DNA of 64,000 bases. Origin: Camelus dromedarius (Eukaryota). The position numbers and the translations under genes are program-made. The notes under the pieces were generated by a model, which worked only from the letters and a program-made list of their open reading frames with translations, was not told the DNA's origin and made no database searches. The stretch's first letter is position 1; the number at the start of each line of letters is the position of its first letter. The stretch spans positions 29,512,001 through 29,576,000 of the forward strand of contig NC_087440.1 of assembly GCF_036321535.1 (NCBI RefSeq), read 5' to 3'. Shown one piece after another: positions 61,825 through 64,000 of the stretch.

Positions 61825-61920
61825 CTGTATTGTACAGCACGGGGAATATAGCCAAGATTTTGTAATAACTGTACATGAAAAGTAACCTTTAAAAATTGTG
61901 TAAAAATTAAAAAAAATAAA
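61825..61920 (+). mobile_element. Short L1 3' terminus
   Basis: gtacagcacggggaatatagccaagattttgtaataact..aaaaattaaaaaaaataaa. Confidence 0.65.
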
Positions 61921-62234
61921 ATGGTACAATTGTCTTCAAAAGAATTAGTATTATATTAGATAACGAACATGAAATCGGCTGGCCCGGGAATTAGCACCAT
62001 CACCTAAACACAATATAAAGCTGGGTAGAGTGTATCCACTGAGACAGGGGAAGAAAATTTAAATATATAAAAAGACATGGAATCCTTGTGGTTGAGGGTG
62101 TGATAGGAGGCTCTGAATGTTAAATGAGAACTTAGGTTTTCTTATACTCATGAAATCTGAAAGCCATGAGACAGTTCCAACAGGCATCAGCCCTTGCTGC
62201 CCGGAGTCTGCAGGGGGACTAGCTACCAACTTTT

Positions 62235-62290
62235 TTTTTTTTTTAACTTTTTTTTTTAATTGAGTTATAGTCATTCTACAATGTTGTGTG
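62235..62290 (-). mobile_element. Extremely truncated (56 bp) young L1
   Basis: Perfect TSD accaactttt at 62225-62234 and 62291-62300, followed by aa; attgagttatagtcattctacaatgttgtgt matches the L1 ends at 6200 and 51362. Confidence 0.8.
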
Positions 62291-64000
62291 ACCAACTTTT
62301 AACACCATTGCACTGAGTGATAAAGATTGGCAGGGAGGTTACTTTTAGTGGATCCTTGAAAAGATACTCAAGATTTGAAAATTTATTCAAGTGAACTTTT
62401 GATATCATTTGAAGAAACACATTCAAGGGAAGGGAAGCTCCAGGAGCCTTGAAGCATCTGGTGACATCCAACACTGAGCTGGTTTTTCAAATCCAGAACC
62501 TGTCTGGAGATGTCAAGTGAGCAGCAAACGGAGGGGTCCATTAATAGGTGACAGTCTCACTGATGGATTCAGGGAGGCTTTTTCACCTTGGAGCTCATCA
62601 CTGAAAGTAAAACACACTTGGGGATTGAGTGATGCACTGTGATTGTCCCTGCTGCTCCTGAGGGATGGCCCCAGGGACAATATGTGGCCAGAAAAGGATG
62701 CAAAATAAAATGAAGGGAGAGTTTCTTGGCACTTTACTCTTTTTGCAGCTGAAGAGAATCCTTTGTGAGGCTCAAACTGGCAGAGTGTCACCAGGAACCC
62801 CAAAACCCTGCACATCTAGGATCTCTAAGAGGGCGCAGGTGGTAGCCCCTTGACTGTCTGCTGCGATGTCCACTGTGTGTATTATTGCTACAAAAAGGGG
62901 GCTGTGAATGTTCTTTTGTATTTTTATCTATAAATATATTTTCTATTATAGACAAAGTAGTATATAAAATGACATATTTTTTACAAAGCTTTCAGCCTTC
63001 CTCACGGGACATCTCAAATGTCTGTCCAAGATACAGTTGTTTAAAAATCCCATCAGAAAAATCGGAGCCAACACTTCGCCATTTTACATATCTTTCAGAT
63101 AAAAAGACGACAGAAGCCAATGGGCTTCCAATCACTTCAAAGGAGAGAAAACACTTGTAGGTAATGGGTATTTATTTTCATCAAGTATAAGTAAGATCGA
63201 AAGATTCCTATATTTGCAGTGAAAGGAAAAATCAACATGTAGTCCCAGGCAAAATCCACAGTGATCCAAGGCAGGGAGGGAGGGACCCTTGGTGTGTTGA
63301 ACTTAGAACAGTGAGGCAGGAACAGAGGGATTTTCAAAGACCAAGAAGTCTGGCCCTGAACTGGGAAAGGAAGGAAGAACATTCACAATAGTTCCAACCT
63401 GTATTACAGGTAAGAATTTGAAAGAAAATCTACTGCTTCCTTCTCTTTTTCTTTGCATGATATTTTCTTTTCTTCTACTTCAAATTTTGATTAACACCTG
63501 ATCATTCAAGAGCCACTCCCAAAACCTCAAAAGCTGCTTCTCAAGGGTTCCTTATTCTCACCTTAATTTTGAGTTGAGTTTGCACTGATTCTAATCAAGA
63601 GTGAAAGGGAGATTTCTCATTCAAATACAACACCCCTGAAACATACCTTCTGTCCACTCTTGTTTTTTCCTTATCATACTTCATTGCCTTATGTTTGTGC
63701 AGTCCTGCCCCCAAGTTACCTCAGCTGTAGAAGTAAAATTATGGTCACACCAAAGAGTGTGGTAGCTCTTACTCTACACACTTTAACTAAATAACAAATA
63801 ATGAAAATTTAGGTAATCTAATTCTGGTTTAAAGCATCATATCACCCCTTCCAATCACTGAATTTCCAGTCAAAACCTGGTATAACCTTGGATTTATGGT
63901 ATACAGTTTTCCATTTTAACTCGCCCATCTGTTGTATGCAATGTTTGATCTTTCTGAAGGAATACCAAAATCTTTTCATATTTGATCTCCCTTTAGCCTT

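Noticed and set aside
125-63382. The many 60-120 aa ORFs in the track
   Set aside because: They fall in repeats, N-runs, alternative frames of OR genes or AT-rich spacer, often start at TTG/GTG, and show no recognisable domains.
1-64000. CRISPR array, rRNA, mitochondrial insertion, or additional OR pseudogenes
   Set aside because: No regularly spaced repeats, rRNA or mitochondrial-like tracts, or further OR motifs were recognised by eye. A very decayed OR remnant could have been missed; tBLASTn with OR queries would settle this.

Overview
This is mammalian genomic DNA, AT-rich and repeat-dense. It is most likely from a camelid, inferred from a camelid-type tRNA-derived SINE and a young L1 subfamily. 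The window is part of a class II olfactory receptor (OR) cluster that resembles, from my recollection, the human OR4Q3/OR11H region on 14q11.2/15q11.2. It holds six single-exon OR reading frames. Two are OR4-family genes on the minus strand (OR4Q3 at 4196-5143 and another OR4 at 25825-26763). Four are OR11-family genes on the plus strand (16002-16988; an OR11H12-like gene at 34249-35196 with an internal N-run; 45616-46584, which starts with GTG where its paralogs have ATG; 59895-60848). The rest is mostly L1, L2, MIR, ERVL/ERV1 LTR and hAT remnants, microsatellites and five N-runs. No rRNA, genuine tRNA, CRISPR array or prokaryotic system is supported. The most notable observations are: (1) a pair of ~195-bp inverted repeats, ~90% identical and not recognisable as a known transposon, that almost symmetrically brackets the second OR4 coding exon; (2) an L1 insertion carrying a probable, possibly two-step, 3' transduction inside an 18-bp target-site duplication; (3) an otherwise intact OR11 gene with an ATG>GTG start change and other motif substitutions; (4) N-runs whose lengths match the missing sequence exactly. 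I found no evidence for a wholly new gene system. Orthology and repeat-subfamily names come from memory, not database searches.
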